DNA of 64,000 nt from Spirochaetia bacterium. GTDB taxonomy: Bacteria > Spirochaetota > Spirochaetia > SZUA-6 > Bin103. This document shows, piece by piece, positions 40,887-51,414 of this stretch; position 1 is the stretch's first letter; the number at the start of each line of letters is the position of its first letter. Made by a program: the position numbers and the translations under genes. A model generated the notes under the pieces. That model did not search any database. It worked only from the letters and a program-made list of their open reading frames with translations, and was not told the origin of the DNA. The stretch lies in the NCBI GenBank assembly GCA_965203515.1, contig OZ241907.1:3584001-3648000 (forward strand), read 5' to 3'.

Positions 40887-41042
40887 TCATCGCTTGAGCC
40901 GCTGCATGAGCCAGCCGGCCATGAAGATGGCGGCGCCGATCGCCACGTCCCGGCCGCGCAGCGGCTCGGGCAGCGCCAGCACGAAACGGACCGCCAGGAA
41001 GCTCAGACCGAGCGCCTGCACGATCTTGGCCACGATGTGCAT
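40887..41042 (-). CDS. small 2-TM protein (51 aa)
   Basis: [51 protein letters not shown]; -10-like TATGAT upstream. Confidence 0.6.
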   Translation of the reverse strand: MHIVAKIVQALGLSFLAVRFVLALPEPLRGRDVAIGAAIFMAGWLMQRLKR

Positions 41043-41068
41043 CGGCCCAGTATCATACGGAGGAACAG

Positions 41069-42433
41069 ATGAGCGACAGAGGACGGCGCGTAGCGATCGT
41101 CGGCAGCGGCCCCAGCGGCTTCTATGCCGCCGAAGCGCTGCTGAAGGATGAGCGGAACCTGCAGGTCGACATCATCGACCGCCTGCCGACCCCGTTCGGG
41201 CTGGTGCGCGGCGGCGTGGCCCCGGACCACCAGAAGATCAAGAACGTGATCCGCGTCTACGAGCGGACCGCCGGCAACGAGCGCTGCAGCTTCATCGGCA
41301 ACGTGATGGTCGGCCGCGACGTCAGCGTCGCCGACCTGCGGCGCTGCTACGACGCGGTCGTGTTCACCTGCGGGGCGGAGACCGACCGCACGCTCGCCAT
41401 CCCCGGCATCGACCTGCCCGGCAGCCACACCGCCACCGCGTTCGTGGGCTGGTACAACGGCCACCCCGACTACCGCGACCTGAGCTTCGACCTGTCCGGG
41501 GAGGCCGCGGTCGTCATCGGTCAGGGCAACGTCGCCGTGGACGTGACCCGCATCCTCGCCAAGACCGTCGACGAGCTGGCCGGCACCGACATCGCCGCGC
41601 ACGCCCTGGAGGCGCTGGCGGAGAGCAAGGTGCGCGAGGTGCACATGGTCGGCCGCCGCGGCCCGGTGCAGGCCGCCTTCACCAGCAAGGAGATACGGGA
41701 GCTGGGGGAGCTTGGCGACTGCGCGCTGCACTTCAACGACCAGGCCGACTTCGCACTCGGCCCCGCGTGCCGGGCGGAGCTCGACGACGCCGGCAACACC
41801 GACGCGCAGCGCAACTGGAAGGCGCTGGGCGAGCTGCGCGAAGCCGGACCGGCCAACGGCTGCGCGAAGCGGATCGTCGTCCACTTCTTCCGCAGCCCCA
41901 AGGAGCTCGCCGGCGACGGCCGGGTAGAGCGGCTCACCCTGGAAAAGAACCGGCTGGCCGGCGATGCCGGCGATCAGTGGGCGGAGGGCACCGGTGAAAC
42001 GGTGGAGATGGACTGCGGGCTGTTCTTCCGCAGCGTCGGCTACCGCGGCGTGCCGATCGAAGGGGTGCCGTTCGACGACCGCCGCGGCGTGTTCCCCAAC
42101 CAGGGCGGGCGCATCACCGACGGCGGCGCGGTGCTGCCGGGTCTGTACGCCGCCGGCTGGATCAAGCGCGGCCCCTCCGGCGTGATCGGCACCAACAAGC
42201 CGGACTCGACGGAGACCGCCCGCAACGTCCTGGCCGACCTCGACGGGCTCGCTGCGTGCGCGGAGCCGGACACCGCCGCGCTGCTCGCGAAGCTCCGCGG
42301 CCGGGGCGTGCGGCCGGTGAGCTACGCGGACTGGCGCGCCATCGACGCCGCCGAGGTGGCGCGCGGCGCCGCCGCCGGCAAGCCGCGCGAGAAGTTCACC
42401 CGCATCGAAGAGATGCTTGCCGTCCTCGACTGA
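41069..42433 (+). CDS. ferredoxin--NADP+ reductase (FprA/adrenodoxin reductase type)
   Basis: [39 protein letters not shown]. Confidence 0.92.
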   Translation: MSDRGRRVAIVGSGPSGFYAAEALLKDERNLQVDIIDRLPTPFGLVRGGVAPDHQKIKNVIRVYERTAGNERCSFIGNVMVGRDVSVADLRRCYDAVVFTCGAETDRTLAIPGIDLPGSHTATAFVGWYNGHPDYRDLSFDLSGEAAVVIGQGNVAVDVTRILAKTVDELAGTDIAAHALEALAESKVREVHMVGRRGPVQAAFTSKEIRELGELGDCALHFNDQADFALGPACRAELDDAGNTDAQRNWKALGELREAGPANGCAKRIVVHFFRSPKELAGDGRVERLTLEKNRLAGDAGDQWAEGTGETVEMDCGLFFRSVGYRGVPIEGVPFDDRRGVFPNQGGRITDGGAVLPGLYAAGWIKRGPSGVIGTNKPDSTETARNVLADLDGLAACAEPDTAALLAKLRGRGVRPVSYADWRAIDAAEVARGAAAGKPREKFTRIEEMLAVLD

Positions 42434-42464
42434 AGTCGGGTTAGCATGACCGTGAGGCGGGCAG

Positions 42465-43187
42465 GTGCAGGCGCTTGAGATCGCGACGGTAGAGGACTTG
42501 GTCCGCGTGCTCGATGAGCATCCGCAGTGGCTGGAAGCGTTGCGTACGCGGCTGCTGACGCGCGAGCTGCTCGCGCTGCCGCAGACCCTCGCGGATTTCG
42601 TAGCCGCCACTGACCGTCGTTTTGCCGAAGTCGACCGCCGATTCGACGTTCTGGAGCGCCAGATGGGTCAACTCCGAAACGACGTCGCTCCCATCAAGGC
42701 CGCCCACGCCAGAAACGCCGCCATGAACGAGGCCGACCTGATCGCTGAGGAGCTGGGCCTCTCGTTGGTCGGCATTCTCGACCAGGCCGAGCTTCGGTCC
42801 CTGGCGCGATCGGCCGACACCGACGGCATTTCCAAGCACGATCTGCGCAGCTTCCGCGCGGCCGACATGGTGCTGCGCGTTGCTGACCCTGCCGCCGCCG
42901 ACCCTGCCGCCGCCGACCCTGCCGCCGCCCACCCTGCCGCCGCCCACCCTGCCGCCGCCCACCCTGCCGGAACGGAGCGCTACGTGGCGGTGGAGGTCTC
43001 CTATACCGCCAACGGCCGCGATACCGAGCGGGCGCGCCGCAACGCGCGGTTTCTGACCCGCTTTACCGGCTGCCGCGCCTCTGCCGTGGTGGCCGCTCTG
43101 AGGATGGATGAGCGTATTCGCCCCATCGTGGAGTCGGGAGAGGTCGCCTGGTATCAACTCCCGGCGGAAGCCCTGGAGGTCGACTGA
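42465..43187 (+). CDS. hypothetical coiled-coil + PD-(D/E)XK-like protein, tandem copy 1
   Basis: Heptad DRRFAEV; ADMV...VAVEVS...D..RA motif; 15-bp repeat expansion. Confidence 0.7.
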   Translation: MQALEIATVEDLVRVLDEHPQWLEALRTRLLTRELLALPQTLADFVAATDRRFAEVDRRFDVLERQMGQLRNDVAPIKAAHARNAAMNEADLIAEELGLSLVGILDQAELRSLARSADTDGISKHDLRSFRAADMVLRVADPAAADPAAADPAAAHPAAAHPAAAHPAGTERYVAVEVSYTANGRDTERARRNARFLTRFTGCRASAVVAALRMDERIRPIVESGEVAWYQLPAEALEVD

Positions 43188-43271
43188 CCGCGCCGGGGGC
43201 TTCAACCGCAACGGGTGATCCTTGACCGTTTGGCCGGCGCTGGCTATAGCATGGCCGTAAGGCGGGGCAGA

Positions 43272-43970
43272 ATGCAGGCGCTTGAGATCGCGACGGTAGA
43301 GGACTTGGTCCGCGTGCTCGATGATCATCCGCAGTGGCTGGAAGCGTTGCGTACGCGGCTGCTGACGCGCGAGCTGCTCGCGCTGCCGCAGACCCTCGCG
43401 GATTTCGTTGCCGCCACTGACCGCCGCTTTGCCGAAATTGACCGTCGTTTTGCCGAAGTCGACCGCCGATTCGACGTTCTGGAGCGCCAGATGGGTCGAC
43501 TCCGAACCGACGTCGCTCCCATCAAGGCTGCCCACGCCAGAAACGCCGCCATGAACGAGGCCGACCTGATCGCTGAGGAGCTGGGCCTCTCGTTGGTCGG
43601 CATTCTCGACCAGGCCGAGCTTCGGTCCCTGGCGCGATCGGCCGACACCGCCGGCATTTCCAAGCACGATCTGCGCAGTTTCCGCGCGGCCGACCTGGTG
43701 CTGCGCGTTGCTGACCCTGCCGCCGCCCACCCTGCCGCCGCTCACCCTGCCGGAACGGAGCGCTACGTGGCGGTGGAGGTCTCCTATACCGCCAACGGCC
43801 GCGATACCGAGCGGGCGCGACGCAACGCGCGGTTTCTGACCCGCTTTACCGGCTGCCGCGCCTCTGCCGTGGTGGCCGCTCTGCGGTTGGATGAGCGTAT
43901 TCGCCCCATCGTGGAGTCGGGAGAGGTCGCCTGGTATCGACTCCCGGCGGAAGCCCTGGAGGTCGACTGA
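43272..43970 (+). CDS. hypothetical coiled-coil + PD-(D/E)XK-like protein, tandem copy 2
   Basis: Near-identical to 42465-43187; own TTGACC-N17-TATAGC at 43222-43250. Confidence 0.7.
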   Translation: MQALEIATVEDLVRVLDDHPQWLEALRTRLLTRELLALPQTLADFVAATDRRFAEIDRRFAEVDRRFDVLERQMGRLRTDVAPIKAAHARNAAMNEADLIAEELGLSLVGILDQAELRSLARSADTAGISKHDLRSFRAADLVLRVADPAAAHPAAAHPAGTERYVAVEVSYTANGRDTERARRNARFLTRFTGCRASAVVAALRLDERIRPIVESGEVAWYRLPAEALEVD

Positions 43971-44050
43971 CCGCGCCGCCTTCGCCGCCGAAGCGGCGGC
44001 GGCGCGCGACCGTTTGACCGCTCGCGGGAGGGCGCGGTACGCTGCGGGCC

Positions 44051-45007
44051 GTGGCCGGCCCGGAAGGCTCGTCGGAGATCGACGCCGTCAGCAGCAGCCC
44101 CGGCGGCAACGGTACCGCCAATGACGGCGCGGCCGGGGATGGCGCCGCCGGGGACAGCGCCGCCGGCCCCCCCAAGCGCTCCGGGCTCGGCGTCATCATC
44201 CATTCGTTCTTCGTCATTCCGCTGCTGATCGCGGTGCTGGCGGTGCTGGTGATCGCCGGCGTCTCCGTCCTCTCCTCCGAGCCGGCCGACGCGCTCGACT
44301 ACCTGGCCGACGTGCGGGTCGGCGGTCAGACGCGCCGCTGGCAGGCGGCGTTCGACCTGAGCACCCTGCTGTTCGACCTGCGCCGCAAGGGCGAGGTGCC
44401 GAACGACGAGCGGTTCGTGAACGAGATGCATCTGGCCTTCGCCGAGGCGGCCGACGACGACCCGCGTGCGCGGCAGTACCTGTCGCAGGCGATGGCCCTG
44501 ACCGGCGACCGCCGGTTCGTCCCCGCCCTGCTCGACGCGCTGGCCGTCGAGGAGAGCGACATCTCCGCCTCCTTCTACCTGCAGGCGCTCGGCTTCCTGG
44601 CCGGCGCCGAGGAGCTGCCGGCGCTGCTGCCGTACCTGCGGCACGAATCGGCGCGCATCCGCACCTCCGCCGTGCGCACGATCGGCGCCGTGGGCGACCC
44701 GTCGACGGTCCCCGCGCTGGAGCCGCTGCTGTTCGACGAGGAGCCGAACGCCCGCTGGTTCGCCGCGATCGCGCTGGCCGGGCTGGGCAGCGACGCCGGC
44801 GCGGAGGTGCTGATGCAGCTTCTGGATCGGGAGTACCTGGCCGGGTTCCCCAATGTTGACGCGGACGAGCAAAGCGACATAATGGAGGTGGCGGTGAGCG
44901 TCGCGGTCGGCCTGGGCCGGCCGGAGCTGACCGAGCGGGTGCGCGGTCTGGCGTCCGGCGACGTCGACCCCCGGGTCCGCCGGGCGGCCGCCGACGCGCT
45001 CCGCTAG
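44051..45007 (+). CDS. membrane-anchored HEAT-repeat protein
   Basis: One TM segment, then HEAT/PBS-lyase-like repeats (DPRARQY, DEEPNARWFAA, DPRVRRAA). Confidence 0.8.
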   Translation: MAGPEGSSEIDAVSSSPGGNGTANDGAAGDGAAGDSAAGPPKRSGLGVIIHSFFVIPLLIAVLAVLVIAGVSVLSSEPADALDYLADVRVGGQTRRWQAAFDLSTLLFDLRRKGEVPNDERFVNEMHLAFAEAADDDPRARQYLSQAMALTGDRRFVPALLDALAVEESDISASFYLQALGFLAGAEELPALLPYLRHESARIRTSAVRTIGAVGDPSTVPALEPLLFDEEPNARWFAAIALAGLGSDAGAEVLMQLLDREYLAGFPNVDADEQSDIMEVAVSVAVGLGRPELTERVRGLASGDVDPRVRRAAADALR

Positions 45008-45032
45008 TGGACAGTGCCGCTAGTGGACAGTG
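45001..45032. repeat. perfect 16-bp tandem duplication
   Basis: CCGCTAGTGGACAGTG x2. Confidence 0.85.
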
Positions 45033-45090
45033 ATCGGGAAGCAGTGAAGAATCCGACCGTGATCGACGATACTGGGATGCGAGTACGCTG

Positions 45091-45636
45091 ATGGCCAAGA
45101 CCGGAGACGCCGCCGCAGCCTCGTCCGGCTCACGGGCGGAGTCCGGGGGCGGCATGACGCGGCGATCGTTCCTGTCCACGCTCGCCGTGGCGTGGATCTC
45201 CTTCACGGGGATCGTGCTCGGCTCGGTGGCCGGCTTGGTGCGCTTCCTGTTCCCGAACGTGCTGTTCGAGCCGCCCCAGAGCTTTCGCGCCGGCTTCGTG
45301 GACGAGTACACGGTGGGCGAGGTCTCGACCCGCTGGAAGGACCAGTTCGGCGTCTGGATCATCCGCGACGAGGAATCGGTCTACGCGCTGTCGACCGTCT
45401 GCACCCACCTGGGCTGCACCCCCAACTGGCTGGAGGCCGACCGCAAGTTCAAGTGCCCGTGCCACGGCAGCGGCTTTCGCATCACGGGGATCAACTTCGA
45501 GGGGCCGGCGCCGCGCCCGCTGGAGCGCTACAGCATCGCGATCGGCGACGACGGCCAGATCGTGATAGACAAGACCAGGAAGTATCAGTGGGAGAAGGGC
45601 GAGTGGAGCGATCCCTCGTCGTTTCTCGCCGTCTGA
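45091..45636 (+). CDS. Rieske iron-sulfur protein
   Basis: Tat motif TRRSFL; CTHLGC and CPCHGS; GPAPRPL. Confidence 0.95.
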   Translation: MAKTGDAAAASSGSRAESGGGMTRRSFLSTLAVAWISFTGIVLGSVAGLVRFLFPNVLFEPPQSFRAGFVDEYTVGEVSTRWKDQFGVWIIRDEESVYALSTVCTHLGCTPNWLEADRKFKCPCHGSGFRITGINFEGPAPRPLERYSIAIGDDGQIVIDKTRKYQWEKGEWSDPSSFLAV

Positions 45637-45683
45637 TGCCCTCACTTTCGATGAGACCTTCGATGGGGTACGGAGTCACCTGA

Positions 45684-46526
45684 ATGGCCAAACAGAACGG
45701 CGGCGGACCGTCGAACGGCAGACCGTCGAACGGCAGGAGCGGCAAGGGCCCGGCAGGCGCCGTGAAGGCGATCGGCGAGACCCAGGTATGGAAGTCGGTC
45801 TTCCGCACCGGCGTCCCGGTCTCGCGCCGCCAGCGCATGATGTCGGTGCTCAACAACGTCTTCCTGCACCTGCATCCGGTGCGTCTGCCCAAGCACGCGG
45901 TCAAGGTCCGGTACACGTGGTGCATGGGCGGCTTGTCGTTCTTCGTGTTCCTGGTGCTCACCGTCACCGGCATCCTGCTGATGTTCTACTACCGGCCGAC
46001 CTCCCAGCACGCCTACGGGGACATCATCGATCTCGGCTCGCAGGTGCCGCTCGGCATCATGCGGGAGATCCATCGCTGGGGCGCCCATCTGATGGTGATC
46101 ACGGTGTGGCTGCACATGTTCCGGGTCTTCATGACCGGCTCCTACAAGCCGCCGCGCGAGTTCAACTGGGCGATCGGCGTGCTGCTGCTGACGCTGACCA
46201 TGTTCCTCAGCTACACCGGCTATCTGCTGCCATGGGACCAGCTCGCCATCTGGGCGGTCACCGTGGGATTGAACATGGCGCGCGCCGCGCCGTTCCTGGG
46301 CCACGAGGGTCCCGGCGCGGCGCTGCTCCATCTGGGCGACATCAACTTCATACACGCCGGAGCGGACGCCAAGTTCGCGCTGGCCGGCGGCCGCTTCGTG
46401 GGGGAGGCGACCCTTCTGCGCTTCTACGTCCTGCACTGCATCGGGGTGCCGTTCATCGTGATGATCTTCATGATCGTGCACTTCTGGCGCGTCCGTAAGG
46501 ACGGCGGCATATCGGGGCCCACGTAG
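45684..46526 (+). CDS. cytochrome b N-terminal (b6-like) subunit
   Basis: [27 protein letters not shown]-x14-H, ends GISGP. Confidence 0.93.
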   Translation: MAKQNGGGPSNGRPSNGRSGKGPAGAVKAIGETQVWKSVFRTGVPVSRRQRMMSVLNNVFLHLHPVRLPKHAVKVRYTWCMGGLSFFVFLVLTVTGILLMFYYRPTSQHAYGDIIDLGSQVPLGIMREIHRWGAHLMVITVWLHMFRVFMTGSYKPPREFNWAIGVLLLTLTMFLSYTGYLLPWDQLAIWAVTVGLNMARAAPFLGHEGPGAALLHLGDINFIHAGADAKFALAGGRFVGEATLLRFYVLHCIGVPFIVMIFMIVHFWRVRKDGGISGPT

Positions 46527-46559
46527 CGGCTGCGGGAAATACGGCAGGAACGGCAGAAC

Positions 46560-47669
46560 GTGCGCGCCATCGCTTCGATCATCGACCGGCTCTCGGACCC
46601 GGCGATCCTGTTCAGCATCACCCTCGTGCTCGCTCTGGTGGTCTTTCCGCCCACCCGGAGGCTCCGCAAGGTGCATGACCTGCTGCGCGTCGACCGTCTG
46701 TGGACGAACGCCGGCGGCGTGGTGCTGCTGCTGATCCTCCTGGCCTTCTTCGGTCTGGGGCTCACCGACCCCGACTTCGCCGCCATCGCCACCAAACCGG
46801 ACAACATCCCGATCACGGCGCTGATGTTCGTGGTGATCTTCTTCCTCTGGTTCGCGATGAAGCAGGCGCGCGCCAACGACCAACGGATCGCCGCCGGGAA
46901 GAAGCCGGCCGAGGCGGAAGGCGGCAAGGTGCTGGTCTGGCCGGACCTGGTCTACGTCGAGTTCATCTCGCTGATCCTGATCAGCGTGCTGCTGGTGGTC
47001 TGGTCGATCGGACTGAAGGCGCCGCTGGAGGAGCCGGCCAACCCCACCGTTTCGCCCAATCCGTCCAAGGCGCCGTGGTACTTCCTGGGCCTGCAGGAGA
47101 TGCTGGTCTACTTCGACCCCTGGATCGCCGGGGTGGTGTTTCCGACGCTGATCATCGTGGGGCTGATGGCGATTCCCTATCTCGACGAGCGGCAAGGCGG
47201 GCAGGGCTACTTCAGCTTCGCCGAGCGCGGCCGCGTCATGTCCGTGTTCATGTTCGGCTGGCTGGCGCTGTGGGTCTTCCTGATCTACACGGGGACGTTC
47301 CTGCGCGGCCCCAACTGGAACTTCTTCGGCCCGTTCGAGACCTGGGACGTCAACAAGCGGGTGGTGCTCAACAACATCAACCTGTCGGAGATCATCTACG
47401 TGCAGGTGCTCGGCGTCGGCCTGCCGCGCACGCCGATCGTGCGCGAGGCGTTCGGGTTCGCCATCGTCCTCGGCTACTTCCTGATCCTGCCCGGACTGCT
47501 GGCCAAGACCGTCTTCAAGGAGCTGTACGAGCGGCTGGGCCGCGCCAAGTACGGCGTGATGATCGTCCTGTTCCTCTCCATGCTGTCGCTGCCGCTGAAG
47601 ATGTATTCGCGGTGGCTGTTCAACCTCAAGTACGTGATCTCGATTCCCGAGGTCTTCTTCAACATTTAG
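46560..47669 (+). CDS. cytochrome b C-terminal (subunit IV-like) protein
   Basis: VWPDL, APLEEPANP..PNPSKAPWYF, RGPNW. Confidence 0.88.
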   Translation: MRAIASIIDRLSDPAILFSITLVLALVVFPPTRRLRKVHDLLRVDRLWTNAGGVVLLLILLAFFGLGLTDPDFAAIATKPDNIPITALMFVVIFFLWFAMKQARANDQRIAAGKKPAEAEGGKVLVWPDLVYVEFISLILISVLLVVWSIGLKAPLEEPANPTVSPNPSKAPWYFLGLQEMLVYFDPWIAGVVFPTLIIVGLMAIPYLDERQGGQGYFSFAERGRVMSVFMFGWLALWVFLIYTGTFLRGPNWNFFGPFETWDVNKRVVLNNINLSEIIYVQVLGVGLPRTPIVREAFGFAIVLGYFLILPGLLAKTVFKELYERLGRAKYGVMIVLFLSMLSLPLKMYSRWLFNLKYVISIPEVFFNI

Positions 47670-47707
47670 GTGCGGTAGATTCAGGGTGACGGCGAAGGCG
47701 TTGGCGG

Positions 47708-50596
47708 ATGGCTGATCGGGACCAGGAGAGACACTACAAGCCGGCGGGCCTCAACCGCTGGTTCGCGGTCAGCGCGATACTGCTGCTGGCCGCGGTCGTC
47801 GGCGCCTTTCTGCAGGACTACAACCGCGAATGGAAGCGCTACCAGCGCGAGTTCCGCGACATCGACCGACAGATCACGCGCGGCGCCTATGAGACGGAGT
47901 TGGCGCGGCTGGACGGCGAGGCGCAGTACCGGCAGGCGGTCGCCGCCGCAGCCGACGCCCGCGACCGCCAGGGCGAGCTGCGGAACGAGATTCGCGCCGC
48001 CGAGCGCGAGGTGCGCCGAGCGGAGACCGACTTTCAGGCGGTCAACCAGCGCTTTCTCACCGACAAGGCTCGCTACGAAGAGGCGCTCTACCGGTTCGAG
48101 CAGGCGCAGGCCGGCGAGCGCGACGATCCGGACCGCGAGCGCTCCCGCAAGGAGCGGCTGTTCGCGCAGTACCAGGAAGTGAGCGTCGAGCACGAACAGG
48201 CGTCGCTGTCGCTGGAAGACGTCGAGGCGCAGCTCGCCGGCTACCGGGAGGCGTTGCGCCAGGCCGAGCGCGCGGTGACCGCACTGGAGCGCGACGCCGA
48301 CCTCCTGCTCGGCAAGCTCGAGCGGATCGATCCGTCGGCGATGGACTTCTGGAACCGCTTGGGCACCGCGGTCCGCAACCTGCCGATCGTCGACTTGGCG
48401 CAGCCGTCGCTGAAGATCGAGCAGGTCGTGCTGAGCGACATCCGGGAAGACCTCAACTTCGAGATGGTGCCGCGCGTCGACCGCTGCGTGACCTGCCACC
48501 AGGGCGTCTTGCGGTCCGATCTGGCCGATGCCCCCAATCCGCACCGGACCCACCCGCAACTCGACCTGTTCCTGGCCAGCGACTCCCCGCATCCGCTGGA
48601 GGAGTTCGGCTGCACGAGCTGTCACGGCGGCCGCGGGCGCGCCACCGACTTCTACGGGACCGTGCACACGCCGGACGGCGACGAGCAGCGCGCAACGTGG
48701 GTCTCCGACCGCGGCTGGCGCGAGTTCCACCTGTGGGAGGAGCCGATGCACCCGGTGCGCTACGCGGAGGCGGGCTGCTTTCAGTGCCACGCCGGGCAGA
48801 CCACGGTGAAGGGGGCGGAGAAGCTCAACTTCGGGCTGTCGCTGATCGAGCGCGCCGGCTGCTACGGATGCCACGAGATCGATTCCTACGAGGGCCTGGG
48901 CGCGCGCGGCCCGTCGCTGGCGCGCGTCAAGGACAAGCTGACCCCGGACTGGGCCTTCCGCTGGATCGAAGATCCCCAGTCGTTCCGCGCCGCCGCGTGG
49001 ATGCCGGCCTTCTTCGGCCAGTCCAACAACAGCACGCCGGAACTGCTCGCCCGCTCCTCACAGGAAATCCACGCCATGGTCACCTATCTGTGGGACCGGG
49101 CCGACGGCTACCGGATGATGCCGGTGCCGGCCGGAGGCGACGCGGCGCGCGGCGAGGAGCTGGTCGCGTCGGTCGGCTGCATGGCCTGCCACCAGCTCCC
49201 CGACGACCAGGAGCCGGCCGCCGACCGCGACGCGCTGCGGCGCCAGTTCGGCCCCAACTTCTCCGGTATCGGCTCCAAGACCACGGCGCGCTGGATCTAC
49301 AACTGGCTGCGCGATCCGGAGAGCTACCACGCCGAAACGCGCATGCCGAACATGCGCCTGACCGAGCAGGAGGCGGCCGACGTCACCGCCTACCTGATCA
49401 CCTTCCGCGACGATCCGTACGATCCGCCGCCGCCGGTCGACGAGGAACTGGTCGGCGCGATCGTGTTCGACTTCCTGGCCAAGACCGCGCCGCCCAGCGT
49501 GGCCCGCGAGCGGGCGGCCGCCATGGATCTGAACGCCAAGCTCAACTACGCCGGCGAGCGGTTGATCCGTCAGTACGGCTGCTTCGGGTGTCACGAGATA
49601 CCCGGATTCGAGGACGCCAAGCCGATCGGCACCGAGCTGACGGCGATCGGCCACAAGCCGCTGCACCAGTTCGACTTCGGCTTCCTGCACATCGAGCACT
49701 CGCGCTACGCGTGGTGGACGCGGAAGATGAGCGACCCGCGCTCCTTCGATGAACACAAGGAGCTGGCGCCGGATGCGCTGCTCCGCATGCCGAACTTCGG
49801 CTTCACCGACCTGCAGGTCGAGGCGGTGGTCACGGCGCTGGCCGGGTTCACGGATGCCGACGCCGAGTTGACGCGGATCGTGCCGCGCACGCCGGAGAAC
49901 CTGGCGGTCGAGCGCGGGCAGCAGCTCGTGCGGACCAACAACTGCCAGGGGTGCCACGTCATCGAAGGCGAAGGCGGTTCCATCGCGCCGACCGTCACCG
50001 ACTGGCTGCAGCGCTTCCGCGGTCAGGGGGCCGCGGCGGCGGAGGCGGCGACCGCCGGCTTCGTTCCGCCCAACCTGATCGGCGAGGGCGCCAAGGTGAA
50101 GACCGACTGGCTGTTCGAGTTCCTGCACCGTCCGTCCGAGATACGGCCGTGGTTGGCGGCGCGCATGCCGACGTTCGGCTTCACCGCCGGCGAGATCAAC
50201 GATCTGGCCCGCTACTTCAGCGCGCTCGACGGGCAGGAGTTTCCGTTCGTCGATCAGGTCGAGCCGGCGCTCACCGAGGAGGAGCTGGCGGCGGCGCAGA
50301 CGCTCTTCTCGCCCGACTTCTTCAACTGCACTACCTGTCACATCGAGGCCGGCCGCACGCCGGCGGGCAGCCCCGACCGCTGGGCGCCCGACTTCGCGCT
50401 CGCCGCCGAGCGGCTCAAGCCGCAATGGATCATCGACTGGATCGCCGATCCGCAGGCGCTGCTGCCCGGCACCAGGATGCCGACCTTCTACCCGCAGGCG
50501 ACCCCTCGGCAGATACTGGACGGCGACGCCGACCACCAGATCCGGGTGCTGCGCGACTACCTGTTGATGATCGGCCAGGACGCCGCGGGCCGGTAG
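47708..50596 (+). CDS. membrane-anchored octaheme cytochrome c with coiled-coil stalk
   Basis: 8 CxxCH motifs: CVTCH, CTSCH, CFQCH, CYGCH, CMACH, CFGCH, CQGCH, CTTCH. Confidence 0.92.
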   Translation: MADRDQERHYKPAGLNRWFAVSAILLLAAVVGAFLQDYNREWKRYQREFRDIDRQITRGAYETELARLDGEAQYRQAVAAAADARDRQGELRNEIRAAEREVRRAETDFQAVNQRFLTDKARYEEALYRFEQAQAGERDDPDRERSRKERLFAQYQEVSVEHEQASLSLEDVEAQLAGYREALRQAERAVTALERDADLLLGKLERIDPSAMDFWNRLGTAVRNLPIVDLAQPSLKIEQVVLSDIREDLNFEMVPRVDRCVTCHQGVLRSDLADAPNPHRTHPQLDLFLASDSPHPLEEFGCTSCHGGRGRATDFYGTVHTPDGDEQRATWVSDRGWREFHLWEEPMHPVRYAEAGCFQCHAGQTTVKGAEKLNFGLSLIERAGCYGCHEIDSYEGLGARGPSLARVKDKLTPDWAFRWIEDPQSFRAAAWMPAFFGQSNNSTPELLARSSQEIHAMVTYLWDRADGYRMMPVPAGGDAARGEELVASVGCMACHQLPDDQEPAADRDALRRQFGPNFSGIGSKTTARWIYNWLRDPESYHAETRMPNMRLTEQEAADVTAYLITFRDDPYDPPPPVDEELVGAIVFDFLAKTAPPSVARERAAAMDLNAKLNYAGERLIRQYGCFGCHEIPGFEDAKPIGTELTAIGHKPLHQFDFGFLHIEHSRYAWWTRKMSDPRSFDEHKELAPDALLRMPNFGFTDLQVEAVVTALAGFTDADAELTRIVPRTPENLAVERGQQLVRTNNCQGCHVIEGEGGSIAPTVTDWLQRFRGQGAAAAEAATAGFVPPNLIGEGAKVKTDWLFEFLHRPSEIRPWLAARMPTFGFTAGEINDLARYFSALDGQEFPFVDQVEPALTEEELAAAQTLFSPDFFNCTTCHIEAGRTPAGSPDRWAPDFALAAERLKPQWIIDWIADPQALLPGTRMPTFYPQATPRQILDGDADHQIRVLRDYLLMIGQDAAGR

Positions 50597-50610
50597 GGGA
50601 TCGGCGGCGG

Positions 50611-51414
50611 TTGCTGCTCCGCCTGTCCGCCCTGGTCTTCCTGTCGTTCGGCGGCCTCTACCCGCTCTGGCTGTGGGTCAACCGGCGCGATGCGATCGAC
50701 CACGGCTTTACCCGCTTCAACCTGGGGCTGGGCGCGGTGGTGTTGGGCTTGGGCGTGCTGCTGGTCACCCTGGCCCCGAGCGGCCCGCCGGGGAGCGAAG
50801 GTCTGCGCCGGCCGTGGCTGGCCGTGGTCTGGCTGGGCGCGGCCCTGGCCGCCGCCGCCTACGCGTGGCACCGGCGGCCCTGGGCGGTCGCCGCGTGCGC
50901 GGTCCCGCCGGCGATCGGCGTGCCGGTGCTGATCGACGGCCTTGCCGGCGCGCCGGCTGCGGCGCCGGGCGGTCTGGCGGCCGCCGCCGCGACCACCGTG
51001 ATCGGCGGAATCGCGTTGGCCGGCTCGATGTACACGATGGTGCTCGGCCACCACTACCTCAATGCCGAGAAGATGCCGACCCGGTTCCTGGGCAAGGCGA
51101 TCGTCGTCTACGCGGTCGTGCTGGCGGTTCGTCTGATCTGGGACGCGGCGATGATCGCCGCGGGCGGGGTGACGATCGACGGCATCGAGCGCCCGGTGCG
51201 CGACTTCGCGCTCAGCATCGACGGGATGTTCGTCTGGATCGCGCTCTTCTTCGGGACGATGCTGCCGCTGGCGGTCTGCTGCCTGGCCGGCGCCGCGGTG
51301 CGCGCCAAGTCGACGCAGGCGGCGACCGGGCTGCTGTACGTGGCGGTGAGCGCCGCCATCATCGGCGAGGCGAGCTACCGGTTCGACCTGTTGTCGTACG
51401 GGCTGGCGTTGTGA
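50611..51414 (+). CDS. hypothetical polytopic membrane protein
   Basis: MVLGHHYL and STQAATGLLY motifs; about 7 TM segments; start approximate. Confidence 0.7.
   Translation: MLLRLSALVFLSFGGLYPLWLWVNRRDAIDHGFTRFNLGLGAVVLGLGVLLVTLAPSGPPGSEGLRRPWLAVVWLGAALAAAAYAWHRRPWAVAACAVPPAIGVPVLIDGLAGAPAAAPGGLAAAAATTVIGGIALAGSMYTMVLGHHYLNAEKMPTRFLGKAIVVYAVVLAVRLIWDAAMIAAGGVTIDGIERPVRDFALSIDGMFVWIALFFGTMLPLAVCCLAGAAVRAKSTQAATGLLYVAVSAAIIGEASYRFDLLSYGLAL

Noticed and set aside
26878..42970. Short repeat clusters as possible CRISPR arrays
   Set aside because: They are 12-15-bp in-frame coding tandem repeats without spacers, and no cas genes are present.
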